DNA of 25,793 nucleotides from a virus. Its lineage: Duplodnaviria; Caudoviricetes. Positions 1 to 8,749 of this stretch are shown in pieces. Position numbers and translations under genes: made by a program. The stretch covers positions 1 to 25,793 of the IMG/VR virus record IMGVR_UViG_3300020045_010257, one strand, 5' to 3'. The notes under the pieces were generated by a model, which saw only the letters and a list, made by a program, of their open reading frames with translations, did not search any database and was not told where the DNA came from. Position 1 is the stretch's first letter; each line of letters begins with the position of its first letter.

Positions 1-6
1 GTTTAA

Positions 7-291
7 TCATTTACATCTTTCATTTGCGATATTGATAACGGCCTGAACCCAGGCCTCGGATTTCTTATAGTCGTCAGCGCTCAAGCACTGCGCGGCTTCC
101 ATTGGCGGGTAATCGCGACTGAGCTTTATTTTCTCGCCCGTCTTGGTGTTCACGCATTGGAACTTGTCGAACTGAATAGAGTAACCGCATTGCCAAACTT
201 CCGGCGGCGGCGGAACCCACTTAGCGCCAGCGCAGCTACTTAGGCTTATGCTTAGTAAGCTCATCTTGAAGGCGATCAAACTCTTCTTCAC
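7..291 (-). CDS. Putative lipoprotein, o-spanin (Rz1)-like
   Basis: Signal-like N-terminus ending LSS-C (lipobox-like), Pro-rich WVPPPP stretch, several Cys. Overlaps the 3' end of the 236..448 gene in another frame. Its TGA overlaps an ATG at 10 that starts a gene running off the window. Confidence 0.55.
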   Translation of the reverse strand: MKKSLIAFKMSLLSISLSSCAGAKWVPPPPEVWQCGYSIQFDKFQCVNTKTGEKIKLSRDYPPMEAAQCLSADDYKKSEAWVQAVINIANERCK

Positions 292-448
292 TCATAGCCC
301 CTTTTTGTTGATCTACAGCCTTCTCACGCGCTTGCGTATTCTCAGCCGCTTGCGCTAAGCGAACCTTGTCCGAATACTCAAGGAACTGGTCCCAAAGCTT
401 AAAGAGCCTTAGGACCAATTGAATCGCTGCGAATATTCCGGAAATCAT
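236..448 (-). CDS. Putative i-spanin (Rz)-like membrane-anchored coiled-coil protein
   Basis: Hydrophobic N-terminus followed by a charged helical region. ATGA-coupled to the upstream gene and overlaps the lipoprotein gene. Confidence 0.45.
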   Translation of the reverse strand: MISGIFAAIQLVLRLFKLWDQFLEYSDKVRLAQAAENTQAREKAVDQQKGAMSEEEFDRLQDELTKHKPK

Positions 449-630
449 TCTTTAGGCTTAGCTGAAAATTTACTTAAGAACGCGACCACGCCCTGGAGCG
501 CCTTCTCGGGTTGCTCGCCAGGAATTAGCAAACAAAGCGCAATAACCGCGCCTAAGACCGCAACGACTGCAGTGATAAATTGCGGGCCGTTCTCTACTGC
601 CCACTTCACTAACTCTAAAACTTTATCCAT
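445..630 (-). CDS. Small membrane protein, putative holin
   Basis: 61 aa with a transmembrane-like segment FITAVVAVLGAVIALCLLI and a basic C-terminus; lysis-cassette position. Confidence 0.5.
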   Translation of the reverse strand: MDKVLELVKWAVENGPQFITAVVAVLGAVIALCLLIPGEQPEKALQGVVAFLSKFSAKPKE

Positions 631-837
631 TTACCGCTCCTTGGTTTCTAGAATTGTTAAACGCTCTTCAATTTTCTTAAACTTTTTGTCGTGGTCTACC
701 AGCTTAAAACCCATAGCCTTGATGTCTTTTCTGACTCCGAGGGATGTCAGCCAAATAAGAAGTAAAAGCCCGCTTTGCAAAAGCCCACTCCCTGGCTCTA
801 TCTGCAAAAGCTGTAATACGTGTGATAATTCGACCAT
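631..837 (-). CDS. Small TM + coiled-coil protein (holin/antiholin-like)
   Basis: Hydrophobic segment GLLLLIWLTSLGV followed by a heptad tail (FKKIEERLTILE); SD GAGGTAGG upstream. Confidence 0.5.
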   Translation of the reverse strand: MVELSHVLQLLQIEPGSGLLQSGLLLLIWLTSLGVRKDIKAMGFKLVDHDKKFKKIEERLTILETKER

Positions 838-844
838 GATTTAC

Positions 845-982
845 CTACCTCGTTTTGAGTGCGTCCCGTTTCTTTCGGATGGCGGCTAGCATTGGCGAGC
901 TATTGTTAAGCTGAGAAACAGGGCCCTTCGCGTAAAAGTTCTTTAAAGCGCCAGAGTTTCCCGTGTTAGAATAGTCGTTCAT
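845..982 (-). CDS. 45-aa microprotein resembling the major capsid N-terminal arm (not in ORF track)
   Basis: Hand translation: MNDYSNTGNSGALKNFYAKGPVSQLNNSSPMLAAIRKKRDALKTR*. ATG overlaps the upstream TGA (ATGA), with GGAGGT upstream. Fills the gap between neighbours. LKNFY-x(1,2)-GP is shared with the MCP. Confidence 0.75.
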   Translation of the reverse strand: MNDYSNTGNSGALKNFYAKGPVSQLNNSSPMLAAIRKKRDALKTR

Positions 983-1365
983 GCCACTACCTCCAATAAT
1001 CCCCGTTTCTTGCCCTCTAAAGACCCAGAAACCGAAATCATTAAATTTAAATAGTTTACTTTGTCTTTACCTAGGTGCCGCAAAAGCACCTTTCTATTTT
1101 GCTTTAGCTCGCTCTCAAGCTTTTTAAAGTTAATGCCGTCGCGCGATTGAAACTGGTTAAAATAAACGACCAACATTTTCTCAAAGCCCGATTTACCAAG
1201 CACCTTCTTAGCCTTGTCCGCCTGGCGCTGAGTCTTAAAAACGTCCGCAACTGCGCAACCAAGCTCTTTCGCGAGCTCGTCCTGCTTTACGCTCGCCGGA
1301 TCGCCAAAGTCGAAAATGAACATGAGATAGTGGTTAGTGAGATTTGATTTTATTTTATCGATCAT
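979..1365 (-). CDS. Hypothetical protein (128 aa, start MIDKIK)
   Basis: Start re-called at ATG 1365 (AGGTG upstream, 11-nt overlap with the previous gene). The longer 1533 start lies inside the 571-aa gene. Confidence 0.65.
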   Translation of the reverse strand: MIDKIKSNLTNHYLMFIFDFGDPASVKQDELAKELGCAVADVFKTQRQADKAKKVLGKSGFEKMLVVYFNQFQSRDGINFKKLESELKQNRKVLLRHLGKDKVNYLNLMISVSGSLEGKKRGLLEVVA

Positions 1366-3070
1366 TCGGCACCTGTATGTGCGTTTCGGGCGCGCTATCG
1401 TGTTTCTTTTTGCCCTTTTTCTTCTCAAGCGAGGATGTCGCCACGCGAGACAAAAGCGAGCTCGGCGGAATAGCGTTTGCCGCAAGTCCAACCGGCGCAA
1501 TCGCTTGTGCAAGTGGCGTTGCTCTATTCGCACCTGCTGCGATTAAACCTGGACCGTACTTGCGCCCAAAGTGATTTGCCGCTCCCAGTAAGAGGCCCCC
1601 GGCAAGCGCGCCTCCGCCCTGGTCTAAGGGGTTAGATCCGCCCGTGGCCGATGCCGCTCCGGCGCCAATAGCCCCGCCAGCGCCCCCTGCGATTGTGTCA
1701 GTCAGGCTCACCATGCGATTGGCGCCTTCTCGTGCCACGCGGTCGCTTGCGATGTTGTAAACTTGCTTGCTCATCCCGTAGCGCGCGTTTTCTTGTTTAA
1801 GCGCGTTGACTAGCTCGGGGGAACCTATTTTTTCGCCAAGGTACTTGATTGAGTCGTCTATTTTTTTAGAAACCAATTTTCTCGCCGACGAAAAACCTTG
1901 CTCTGTGCCAGGCTTTTTAGAAAGAGGATTGCGAGAGTAGTTTATGGTCTCATCCATAAACCCCTTAATGTCGTTTGTCGTCTTTGGGTCTAGTGTTGTG
2001 TCGCCGTATTTCTTGGAAAGTTGGTCTATGTAGCTCCCCACTTTTTTCAAAGCCGTTTTGGCGTGTGTCGAATCGCCAAGGTCGTCAGCAACGGCCTTAA
2101 GAATTTCGGCTTTATCGCGAGTAGGGTTTAGTCCGGGCATATTCTGAAAAATTGCAGGATCCTTCGCGGCAGCTACGGCTTTTTTGTATATCCCTTCAAG
2201 CGCCTGGCCAGATTTTTCAACTATTGCACGGGAGTTCTCTGCAACCTCGTCAACGCCCTTGCCCGCTCCCGCTAAGCCCTCATCGAGCATAAATCGACCA
2301 AGCTTGTTAACGTTGGTTTCGCCCGCTTGCTTTCCGCCCCTTGCGCCAGCCGCTCTGAAATCTTTGAGCATTGCGCCGGATGACCTGAACGCTTGGTTTT
2401 CGGCCGTGTTCTTGAGTGCTGCAGGAATTTTAGAAATCGCGCCAATGCCCTTTCGCACCGTCTCGGCAGAGCCTCCAACGAGGCCGCCAAGGGCTGCGCC
2501 TTTTCCGGCGTTGGCCACGCGATCGCCAAGCTGTAGGGGGCTAATTTCGCCATCAACGTCGCCAGGGTTCTGAACTAACCCCATAAGCCCGCCATAGGCC
2601 GCGCCCCTTGCTGCGGCACCAAGAATTCCCTTCGCTGCGCCAAGTGCGGGAACCGGCGTTGCGAGCCCCCCAACAACGGCCCCGCCAATAGTTCCGGCTA
2701 GCGCGGTTTTGGGGTTTGCTTCGGCTCCGGCCGCAAGGCGCTTCGCGTTTCGGTCTCGCTCTTCGACATAAGAATCAGGCTGTACATTGTTGCCCGTTAC
2801 AGCATTCATTAGTCCATAAATCGGCTTTGCGGCCGCGGCCTGTAGCTGCGGCAAATACCCGAGCGTCGTCGCGTTGGCCCCGTGCTCGAGCGCAGTTTGA
2901 GCTACGCCGGGCGCCTGCGCTTGCTGTCCGACCTCTCGCTCTAGAGCCTGCATTTCTGCGCGCTCTTCAGGCGTGAGGCCAGTCGGCACGGTAGGCGTTC
3001 TCATCGCCTGGGTTCCGACTTCTTTTTCTAGCTGAGCCAGCTCGGCTTTCTCTGCCGCGGTTAAACTCAT
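1355..3070 (-). CDS. Putative internal virion / DNA ejection protein (571 aa)
   Basis: Gly/Ala-rich glycine-zipper hydrophobic segments flanking a helical core; duplicated N-terminal motif; position downstream of the nozzle gene as in podoviruses. Confidence 0.65.
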   Translation of the reverse strand: MSLTAAEKAELAQLEKEVGTQAMRTPTVPTGLTPEERAEMQALEREVGQQAQAPGVAQTALEHGANATTLGYLPQLQAAAAKPIYGLMNAVTGNNVQPDSYVEERDRNAKRLAAGAEANPKTALAGTIGGAVVGGLATPVPALGAAKGILGAAARGAAYGGLMGLVQNPGDVDGEISPLQLGDRVANAGKGAALGGLVGGSAETVRKGIGAISKIPAALKNTAENQAFRSSGAMLKDFRAAGARGGKQAGETNVNKLGRFMLDEGLAGAGKGVDEVAENSRAIVEKSGQALEGIYKKAVAAAKDPAIFQNMPGLNPTRDKAEILKAVADDLGDSTHAKTALKKVGSYIDQLSKKYGDTTLDPKTTNDIKGFMDETINYSRNPLSKKPGTEQGFSSARKLVSKKIDDSIKYLGEKIGSPELVNALKQENARYGMSKQVYNIASDRVAREGANRMVSLTDTIAGGAGGAIGAGAASATGGSNPLDQGGGALAGGLLLGAANHFGRKYGPGLIAAGANRATPLAQAIAPVGLAANAIPPSSLLSRVATSSLEKKKGKKKHDSAPETHIQVPNDR

Positions 3071-4068
3071 GGTTTGCCGCCAGCCGCTTTGGCGCGAAGC
3101 TCTTCAAGGCGTTTCTTTTTCGCATCCATGTCTGGCGCCGGGGCCGCAGGTGGTGGGCCATCAACAAGCCCCTCTTTTTTTACCAGTCCTGCAGGGACTA
3201 ACCCATAAGCCTCGGCCTTTGCGTTGAAGTTCTGGCCAACGCGGTCCTTTACACTTTTGTAGCGACTAAGCACACCGCTTTTGCCGCTTAGCAAATTACT
3301 AACCGTACCGGGATTTTCGATTACCTCTTCTAGCAGTTTAAGATCAGGCCCAGTCAGGACGCCAAGTTTCGCAAACGCATCGCTCTTATAGGTAAGCTGC
3401 AAATCTCTGAGCTTGTTCTTGATGTCTTTAGACACATCGCTGAGCGGGTTCGCAAGGTCGCTTGTGCTGGCAGACTTTACCGACGCTTCAAGTGCGCTCA
3501 TTTGATTGTTGAATTTCGTGAGCTCAGCGCTGGCCTCTTTAAGCTGCCGCGCGGAAGTCACGTCAATTTCTGAATCGTCAATTTTGTTATAGCCGACAAC
3601 TGGAGATTTAGAAGAGCGCTCTAAAACCTTTTTCTCTTTCGCTATATCGAGCTTTTTCTTGTCTTGCTCAAGACCTGCGTTTTCAGCGTTGGTTTTCTTA
3701 AGTCCAAACGGATCCGCCGACGCTTTTTTGTCCAGAATATCCATATAGCCGGGCTTATACTGCGTTCCCGTGAGCTCGCCGCCCTCGCCATAAATCGGCT
3801 CTTGATTGCTCGCCGCGAGCTTTAGCATTTCCTCTCGGCGCTGCACCTGCGGATCGAGTTGGCGTTTTTTAATCGCAAGCTCTTGAGCCTCGCGCTCTTG
3901 TTGCGAACGCATGGCTGACATTTTCGCCTCAAACTCTTGGGCTTTGTATTTCTGGTCTTGCGCGCCCTGAAGGCCCTTAACAAAGCCCTCAAAGCCAGCG
4001 CCAGCCGCCGCAATCCCTGAGTAGTCATCTAAAAATCCGCCGCTTGGTCTGCCGTAAGGATTAGCCAC
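3067..4068 (-). CDS. Putative internal virion / ejection protein (333 aa)
   Basis: Helical/coiled-coil, Gly-rich N-terminus, GTG start directly after the previous stop; ejection-module synteny. Confidence 0.6.
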   Translation of the reverse strand: MANPYGRPSGGFLDDYSGIAAAGAGFEGFVKGLQGAQDQKYKAQEFEAKMSAMRSQQEREAQELAIKKRQLDPQVQRREEMLKLAASNQEPIYGEGGELTGTQYKPGYMDILDKKASADPFGLKKTNAENAGLEQDKKKLDIAKEKKVLERSSKSPVVGYNKIDDSEIDVTSARQLKEASAELTKFNNQMSALEASVKSASTSDLANPLSDVSKDIKNKLRDLQLTYKSDAFAKLGVLTGPDLKLLEEVIENPGTVSNLLSGKSGVLSRYKSVKDRVGQNFNAKAEAYGLVPAGLVKKEGLVDGPPPAAPAPDMDAKKKRLEELRAKAAGGKP

Positions 4069-4578
4069 TTAAGAACCTCCCACCATGTTGCCAACGCCCT
4101 GGCCGGCGGAATAACCAGCCATGGCACCTGCTGGCCCGCCAGCGTAGGCGCCTGCGATTCCGCCAGTGATGCCGAGCACTGTTCCAAGAACTTGCCCGCG
4201 AGCGCGCTTATTCGCCTGGTCGATTTGGTTTTTTAACATTTCCTTTTGTCTATTCATTTGGACCTCTTCGTTAGCCATTTGAGAGGCAGACGCTAAGTTT
4301 CTAATGTGGTCCTCAGACGCGGCCCTAAGGGCTCGGTTGCTGATTTCCTTGTACTGGGTATTGTAATCATTCATCGCGCGTTGCTTTATCGCGTGAGACA
4401 TCGGGTTGCCGTAAGCGAGGCCAGAGTTATACGTGTCCTCTTGAGTGAGTAAGCCTCGGCCCGCGCCAGTGCCTCGCATGTAGTCTTGAGCAACGCCTGC
4501 ATTTGTGCGGTTATCTGAGACCAAGTCGCCAATCTCTTTTGTCGACGTGGCGTCTAGACTCATTCCGTTGACGTCCAT
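4069..4578 (-). CDS. Putative ejection protein with C-terminal glycine zipper (169 aa)
   Basis: C-terminal GQVLGTVLGITGGIAGAYAGGPAGAMAG glycine zipper; TAATG coupling. Confidence 0.6.
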   Translation of the reverse strand: MDVNGMSLDATSTKEIGDLVSDNRTNAGVAQDYMRGTGAGRGLLTQEDTYNSGLAYGNPMSHAIKQRAMNDYNTQYKEISNRALRAASEDHIRNLASASQMANEEVQMNRQKEMLKNQIDQANKRARGQVLGTVLGITGGIAGAYAGGPAGAMAGYSAGQGVGNMVGGS

Positions 4579-5402
4579 TACGCGGTCCTTTCAGATAACA
4601 AGCCAGAGCGAGGTGAATCGTAATAGTTATTTGTAAATGAAGTATCGTAGTACGAAGGACCGCTAGGTCCAGCCGGCTGCTCCGCCTGTCCAGGTTTCTG
4701 AGATCCATACGCATAGCCAGCCGCCTGGCCAAGACCGCCCGCGAATTGTTGGAACGCCTGCATTCTGGCGATATTATTTTGGTTTACCGTGTGGAAGGCC
4801 TGATTCGCCAATTCCATATTCTCTTTGGCGCTAGCAAATCCTACTGAGGCGTAAGCCTGCTTGGACTTTTCTAAACTATTCGCGTATTCGCGGTTGGTGT
4901 CTGCAATACTGCCAGACATTTGGGCGCCAACGCCCCCGCGCACCTTAGATTCGCCGCTCTCTCTCAAGCCAGAGTAAAGAAGGCCGCGGCGGTTAAAATT
5001 CTCTCTCGTGTTTTTTAGCCCCTGTCCAAGCGCCTGCTTGGCCGTGCCATAAATGCTTGAGATTGAGTTTCGCTTTTGCTCATCGTTGCCGTGGATTTGC
5101 TCAGCTAGCGCGTTCTTTTGCTTAATGCGCCCCTGGTACATATTGAATAGGGCTAATTGCTCTTGGCTGTTCGTTCCCTCATTTGCGTGGGTCAGTTGAT
5201 AGTGCGCGTCCGCGGCACCTCTTACGTCGCGGTCGCGGCCAGACGTCATGGCGTTCCACTGACGAGCCTGCTGGTTCATGTCTCCACGAATGGACCCGAT
5301 ATTGCTAAAATCAGTTTGCAGGTTGCCCTGATACGGGCCCGCCTGACCTTGGCTTGTCGGCCTGTTCTTACTTTTATATGGATCAATTAACCCACTGGCC
5401 AT
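4578..5402 (-). CDS. Putative ejection protein (274 aa)
   Basis: Q/N/A/G-rich helical protein with an RRGLLYSG motif of the kind seen in podovirus internal proteins; SD AGGGGA. Confidence 0.6.
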   Translation of the reverse strand: MASGLIDPYKSKNRPTSQGQAGPYQGNLQTDFSNIGSIRGDMNQQARQWNAMTSGRDRDVRGAADAHYQLTHANEGTNSQEQLALFNMYQGRIKQKNALAEQIHGNDEQKRNSISSIYGTAKQALGQGLKNTRENFNRRGLLYSGLRESGESKVRGGVGAQMSGSIADTNREYANSLEKSKQAYASVGFASAKENMELANQAFHTVNQNNIARMQAFQQFAGGLGQAAGYAYGSQKPGQAEQPAGPSGPSYYDTSFTNNYYDSPRSGLLSERTA

Positions 5403-5410
5403 AAATCCCC

Positions 5411-5752
5411 CTAGTAAACGAGTATTCTCGCATTCCCAATCGCCGAACTCTTGAGCACAATTGCGCTCGTAGTACCGGCGACGCTACCGTCGTAAATAAT
5501 CATGTTTGTGCTTAAGCCCACGACCAGATAGCCGGCTGGCACGCGACCAAGCCCGTGGATTACCGTCGTATTTTCGTTCGCTACAGTAAACGGAACGGTG
5601 ACTGTCTTAGCGTTAAAGTTAGTCGCAAAATCCAAGCCCCCATTAACGACGCGCACCACATCCTGAAAAAACAAATCAACAAACTTAGGAACGCTTTTTG
5701 GATCCTTATTGTTTTCGGTCTCAATGTTAGTGCTCGCCTGGATTTTACTCAT
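5411..5752 (-). CDS. Small tail-associated protein (113 aa)
   Basis: HGLGRVP motif and beta-rich C-terminus typical of small tail/fibre domains; ATGA-coupled to the nozzle gene. Confidence 0.5.
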   Translation of the reverse strand: MSKIQASTNIETENNKDPKSVPKFVDLFFQDVVRVVNGGLDFATNFNAKTVTVPFTVANENTTVIHGLGRVPAGYLVVGLSTNMIIYDGSVAGTTSAIVLKSSAIGNARILVY

Positions 5753-7848
5753 AAGTTCCTCAGTCCACGCTTGGTCCAGGAATAGCCATTAATAAGTAAA
5801 GGCAAAGAAGCAGAGTGATGGCCAACCTCACAAGCCACGGCTTTACCAACCACTCCCATTTCGGCTCTAGATTGAAAAGCATCCTGAAACACCCGGAACG
5901 TAGCCTGAACCGTCGATTGATCATAGTTGGCAAAAACCTTTCCATTAATAACCCCGGTCAGGCCGCTAGAGGTTGCGACATCTAAGAAAAATCTGCGCCA
6001 AATAAAGGTGTTATTCTCGCCCGCGGCTTCAAAGCGAGTTAGCGCCACGCAAGAAATCCCTTGGCCAGAATCGTTGTAAAAGCTCTCGCCCGTGAAGTGA
6101 ACGAAGCCCGTATAATCTCCGCGCCAAGCGGTAGGCCTCGTAAGCTGCCCTTTGATGAATGAGAACGCTGACGGGTTAAATCCGTCGAAAAATGTCCAAG
6201 CCCCAACGAGATAATCGTAAACCACGGTCAGATTGTTAACGCTTGAGCCATCAACTGGGATGCCCCACCAAATTTGATTGCGATATTTGTGGTGAACGCC
6301 GACCGCGTACTCAAGGGCAGCGCTTACGTTCATGCGCTTAAAGATGCCCTCGACTGGCGTTGAGAGAATCCTGGGGCTTGCGCCCGTGTACTCAAGAATT
6401 CCCTTTTTATCGAGCCACAGACAAATGTCATTGTACTGAACCACAGACTTGTTGCTCAAACACCCGTACTCGTCTGAAATTTGAACTAATTGAAAGTTGT
6501 CAGTGCTATCGCCAATCAACTTATGAAAGCTGTTCTCTTTCATAAAGAGCATTTGATTATTAAACGACGTTTGCGCGAGTATTTTGTCGCCATCGTTTGT
6601 TCTGGCCTCAGCAAACGCGTCCTCTGAATAGGTCTCAGGCGCTCCGACTTCGCTCCACGCGAAGCCTGACGGTAGCGACGAAAATCCAGATATAAACATT
6701 CTGTTTAAGTTTAGGTCTTGATACTTCGGTATAAAGCTACCGAAAAAGTTAAAAGAAATGGCTGAAAACGCAAAGCCCGGCTGCGGGAGGCCATCGTAAA
6801 ATATGAAGCTCTGGGCCGGAATAAACGTAATCGCTTGGACATACTCAGAGGTCGTAATTGTCGTATATCCGAAAAAACTAGAAACGGGCACAGTTGTAAA
6901 GAGCCAGAACCGATCAAGGCTTGCGTCCGGCTTGAGAGTTAAGCTTCCCTTGATAAACGCTCCGGTTTCGTCAAGCCAGCCCAAGTCACCAGTCGGCCTA
7001 TCGCCCACTCCTGGTATATTCTCGAAGTTCTCTTTAGAGCCACCGCTGTAAATCGTATCCTCAGCAAGCCAAAGTGAAATCGAGGTAATTCCAAGCCCTG
7101 GCGGGGTGGTAAATCCACCAATCCTAGTAAAGTTAGATTGTTGAAAAAACTCGTTACCATTTCCAGGCGATGACGTAATGATATTGCGAGCTGTAGCCTG
7201 AAAGTCCACCGGCCCGCCATACCCGTCTGTGCGGTTATATGTGTAGGCAAGATACATCGAGCGAATGATCATGGTCGCGCCAGTGACCTTAAAGAACATA
7301 GTGGCGCCGTTAACCAGGCAGTAGCTTCCCGAGGAACTGGCAAACTGACCGGCGTTAAAAATGTAATTCCCTAGCGAAAGGCCCGTGCTGGCCACCGCCA
7401 TAGGCAAACCTGCTGCGGAAAGAGTCGCGCCCGTCCACGACTCCCACTTGGTTCCATTCGCCATCCAAAGCTTGTTAGCAAAGGTAAGAAAGTCGACCGG
7501 CTGAGTGGCGCCGTAGTTTTGAGACAAAAGCGTAAACGTGGTCGGATAGCTCGCGCCGCTTGGAGTGTTAAAGAAAACGTTCCCATTCGCGTTGGCCAGG
7601 ATAAAGTTACTCGCTGTCTGGCCAGAGGTTAGCAGCTTTTGATATTCATATAGGCCGAGCACCGGACCAGATAGGCTTTGCGAACTAAACAGCGATGAGC
7701 CCGGACGCTTTTGGAGCGCGTTAGGCACGTCAAAATCAACGTTTCTAAGGTTCAAGAATTGAGCGACAGAGAGCTCATAAAGCGAAGCCTTATTATTAAT
7801 ACCGCCAAGGTTCTGATAATAATTAGTGCTAGGCTTGTTATCGGCCAT
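5749..7848 (-). CDS. Tail nozzle / head-closure protein (tail tubular protein B or P22 gp10-like beta-propeller)
   Basis: 699 aa; N-terminal GGIN...NVDF...LQKRPG and internal GCLS...WL...G motifs typical of podovirus nozzle proteins; follows the adaptor gene. Confidence 0.7.
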   Translation of the reverse strand: MADNKPSTNYYQNLGGINNKASLYELSVAQFLNLRNVDFDVPNALQKRPGSSLFSSQSLSGPVLGLYEYQKLLTSGQTASNFILANANGNVFFNTPSGASYPTTFTLLSQNYGATQPVDFLTFANKLWMANGTKWESWTGATLSAAGLPMAVASTGLSLGNYIFNAGQFASSSGSYCLVNGATMFFKVTGATMIIRSMYLAYTYNRTDGYGGPVDFQATARNIITSSPGNGNEFFQQSNFTRIGGFTTPPGLGITSISLWLAEDTIYSGGSKENFENIPGVGDRPTGDLGWLDETGAFIKGSLTLKPDASLDRFWLFTTVPVSSFFGYTTITTSEYVQAITFIPAQSFIFYDGLPQPGFAFSAISFNFFGSFIPKYQDLNLNRMFISGFSSLPSGFAWSEVGAPETYSEDAFAEARTNDGDKILAQTSFNNQMLFMKENSFHKLIGDSTDNFQLVQISDEYGCLSNKSVVQYNDICLWLDKKGILEYTGASPRILSTPVEGIFKRMNVSAALEYAVGVHHKYRNQIWWGIPVDGSSVNNLTVVYDYLVGAWTFFDGFNPSAFSFIKGQLTRPTAWRGDYTGFVHFTGESFYNDSGQGISCVALTRFEAAGENNTFIWRRFFLDVATSSGLTGVINGKVFANYDQSTVQATFRVFQDAFQSRAEMGVVGKAVACEVGHHSASLPLLINGYSWTKRGLRNL

Positions 7849-8495
7849 TAGTAATCGTCCATATATCCGGTGCGAGTAACCATGCGAGCGCCGTCAGCCT
7901 CGCGCTGGACCGCGACCTCTTTTAACAACTTCTCGTACTCTAAAAGCTTTTGCTCGATCGGCTGAATGCTCCGGCCGTCCTTAATGTAGCAATCTCTTGC
8001 CGCTAGAATCGGGATGTACTCTTGAAACATAGTTGGCACGTCTGGTGTCTCTGATCCGCTAACCAAATCAGCAACCGCGTAAGAATAGTAAAGATGCAAA
8101 GTCAAAACTCGCTGAGGCGTAGGCACGAGCCTAACGCTATCTTTTTGCAATATATAAAACTGCGGGTCTCCCTGAACATCGGTTACAAGGTCCGCTTGGT
8201 TCGGCGTAATCTCTTGAAGCTTTTGCGTTTCGGCCGTCGTGCCGCTTCCTTGGGTGATATAATCAAGGCGCAAAACCTGAATAAAGTCGTCAGGGAGCGC
8301 GTAAATATTTTGATTAGCGACCGTGCTCGCCGTCGAGCAAGTCATGTACCATTGTTGATTGGCCGAAATTAGCCGCTTTTGGGCCTCCTTTTGCGCAAGG
8401 TTTAGCCTGAGCGTAAGGTTTGAGTCGGTAAAATAGCTGCCGTTTGGGTCATCGAGCAAATCGCGACAGTATGTAATCATTTGAGTAAGCGTCAT
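7848..8495 (-). CDS. Head-to-tail adaptor (tail tubular protein A / gp4-like), 215 aa
   Basis: Start re-called at MTLTQ (ATG 8495, ATGA-coupled to the hidden upstream ORF). MTL...LN.AQ, YALPDDF and L.PTP motifs typical of phage adaptors. Confidence 0.7.
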   Translation of the reverse strand: MTLTQMITYCRDLLDDPNGSYFTDSNLTLRLNLAQKEAQKRLISANQQWYMTCSTASTVANQNIYALPDDFIQVLRLDYITQGSGTTAETQKLQEITPNQADLVTDVQGDPQFYILQKDSVRLVPTPQRVLTLHLYYSYAVADLVSGSETPDVPTMFQEYIPILAARDCYIKDGRSIQPIEQKLLEYEKLLKEVAVQREADGARMVTRTGYMDDY

Positions 8496-8749
8496 GGTTG
8501 CGTCCACCTGGTCCATGTAGTTGCGGGTACTGATTCCGGCGTCCAAGAGGTAGCAGTCGCTCCCTGACAAGCGGTCCAGCTGGTCGTGATCGTGTCAAGA
8601 CAAGCGTTCCACGGATCGCCAGAGAGCCAGCCCGTCACGAGTGCCACGCCGTTTGGAGTAATGATCAATGGCGAGTTTAGAGCGACGGCTAGGCCGCCCC
8701 CTGAGAACTGCGAATACCGGTCAAACTTAACGTTCTTAGGCGTTGCTAT
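8492..8749 (-). CDS. 85-aa Trp/Thr-repeat protein with probable ATA start (not in ORF track)
   Basis: Open frame (M)ATPKNVKFDRYSQFSGGGLAVALNSPLIITPNGVALVTGWLSGDPWNACLDTITTSWTACQGATATSWTPESVPATTWTRWTQP*. GAGGAG lies 8 nt before the ATA; the ATA overlaps the glycosyltransferase TAG and the TGA overlaps the adaptor ATG. Confidence 0.65.
   Translation of the reverse strand: MATPKNVKFDRYSQFSGGGLAVALNSPLIITPNGVALVTGWLSGDPWNACLDTITTSWTACQGATATSWTPESVPATTWTRWTQP

Noticed and set aside
1366-1533. N-terminal extension of the 979..1533 ORF, or a programmed frameshift at AAG AAA AAG GGC AAA AAG fusing the 571-aa and 128-aa genes
   Set aside because: Fusion would need a +1 shift, while a -1 shift at the A-runs meets TAG within a few codons. 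The extension is Arg-rich off-frame sequence, and ATG 1365 has its own SD-like element.
8492-8749. Glycocin-like RiPP precursor (GG motif and Cys next to a SunS-like GT)
   Set aside because: No transporter/peptidase or immunity gene in the window, and the context is a virion structural operon; a virion substrate is the simpler reading.
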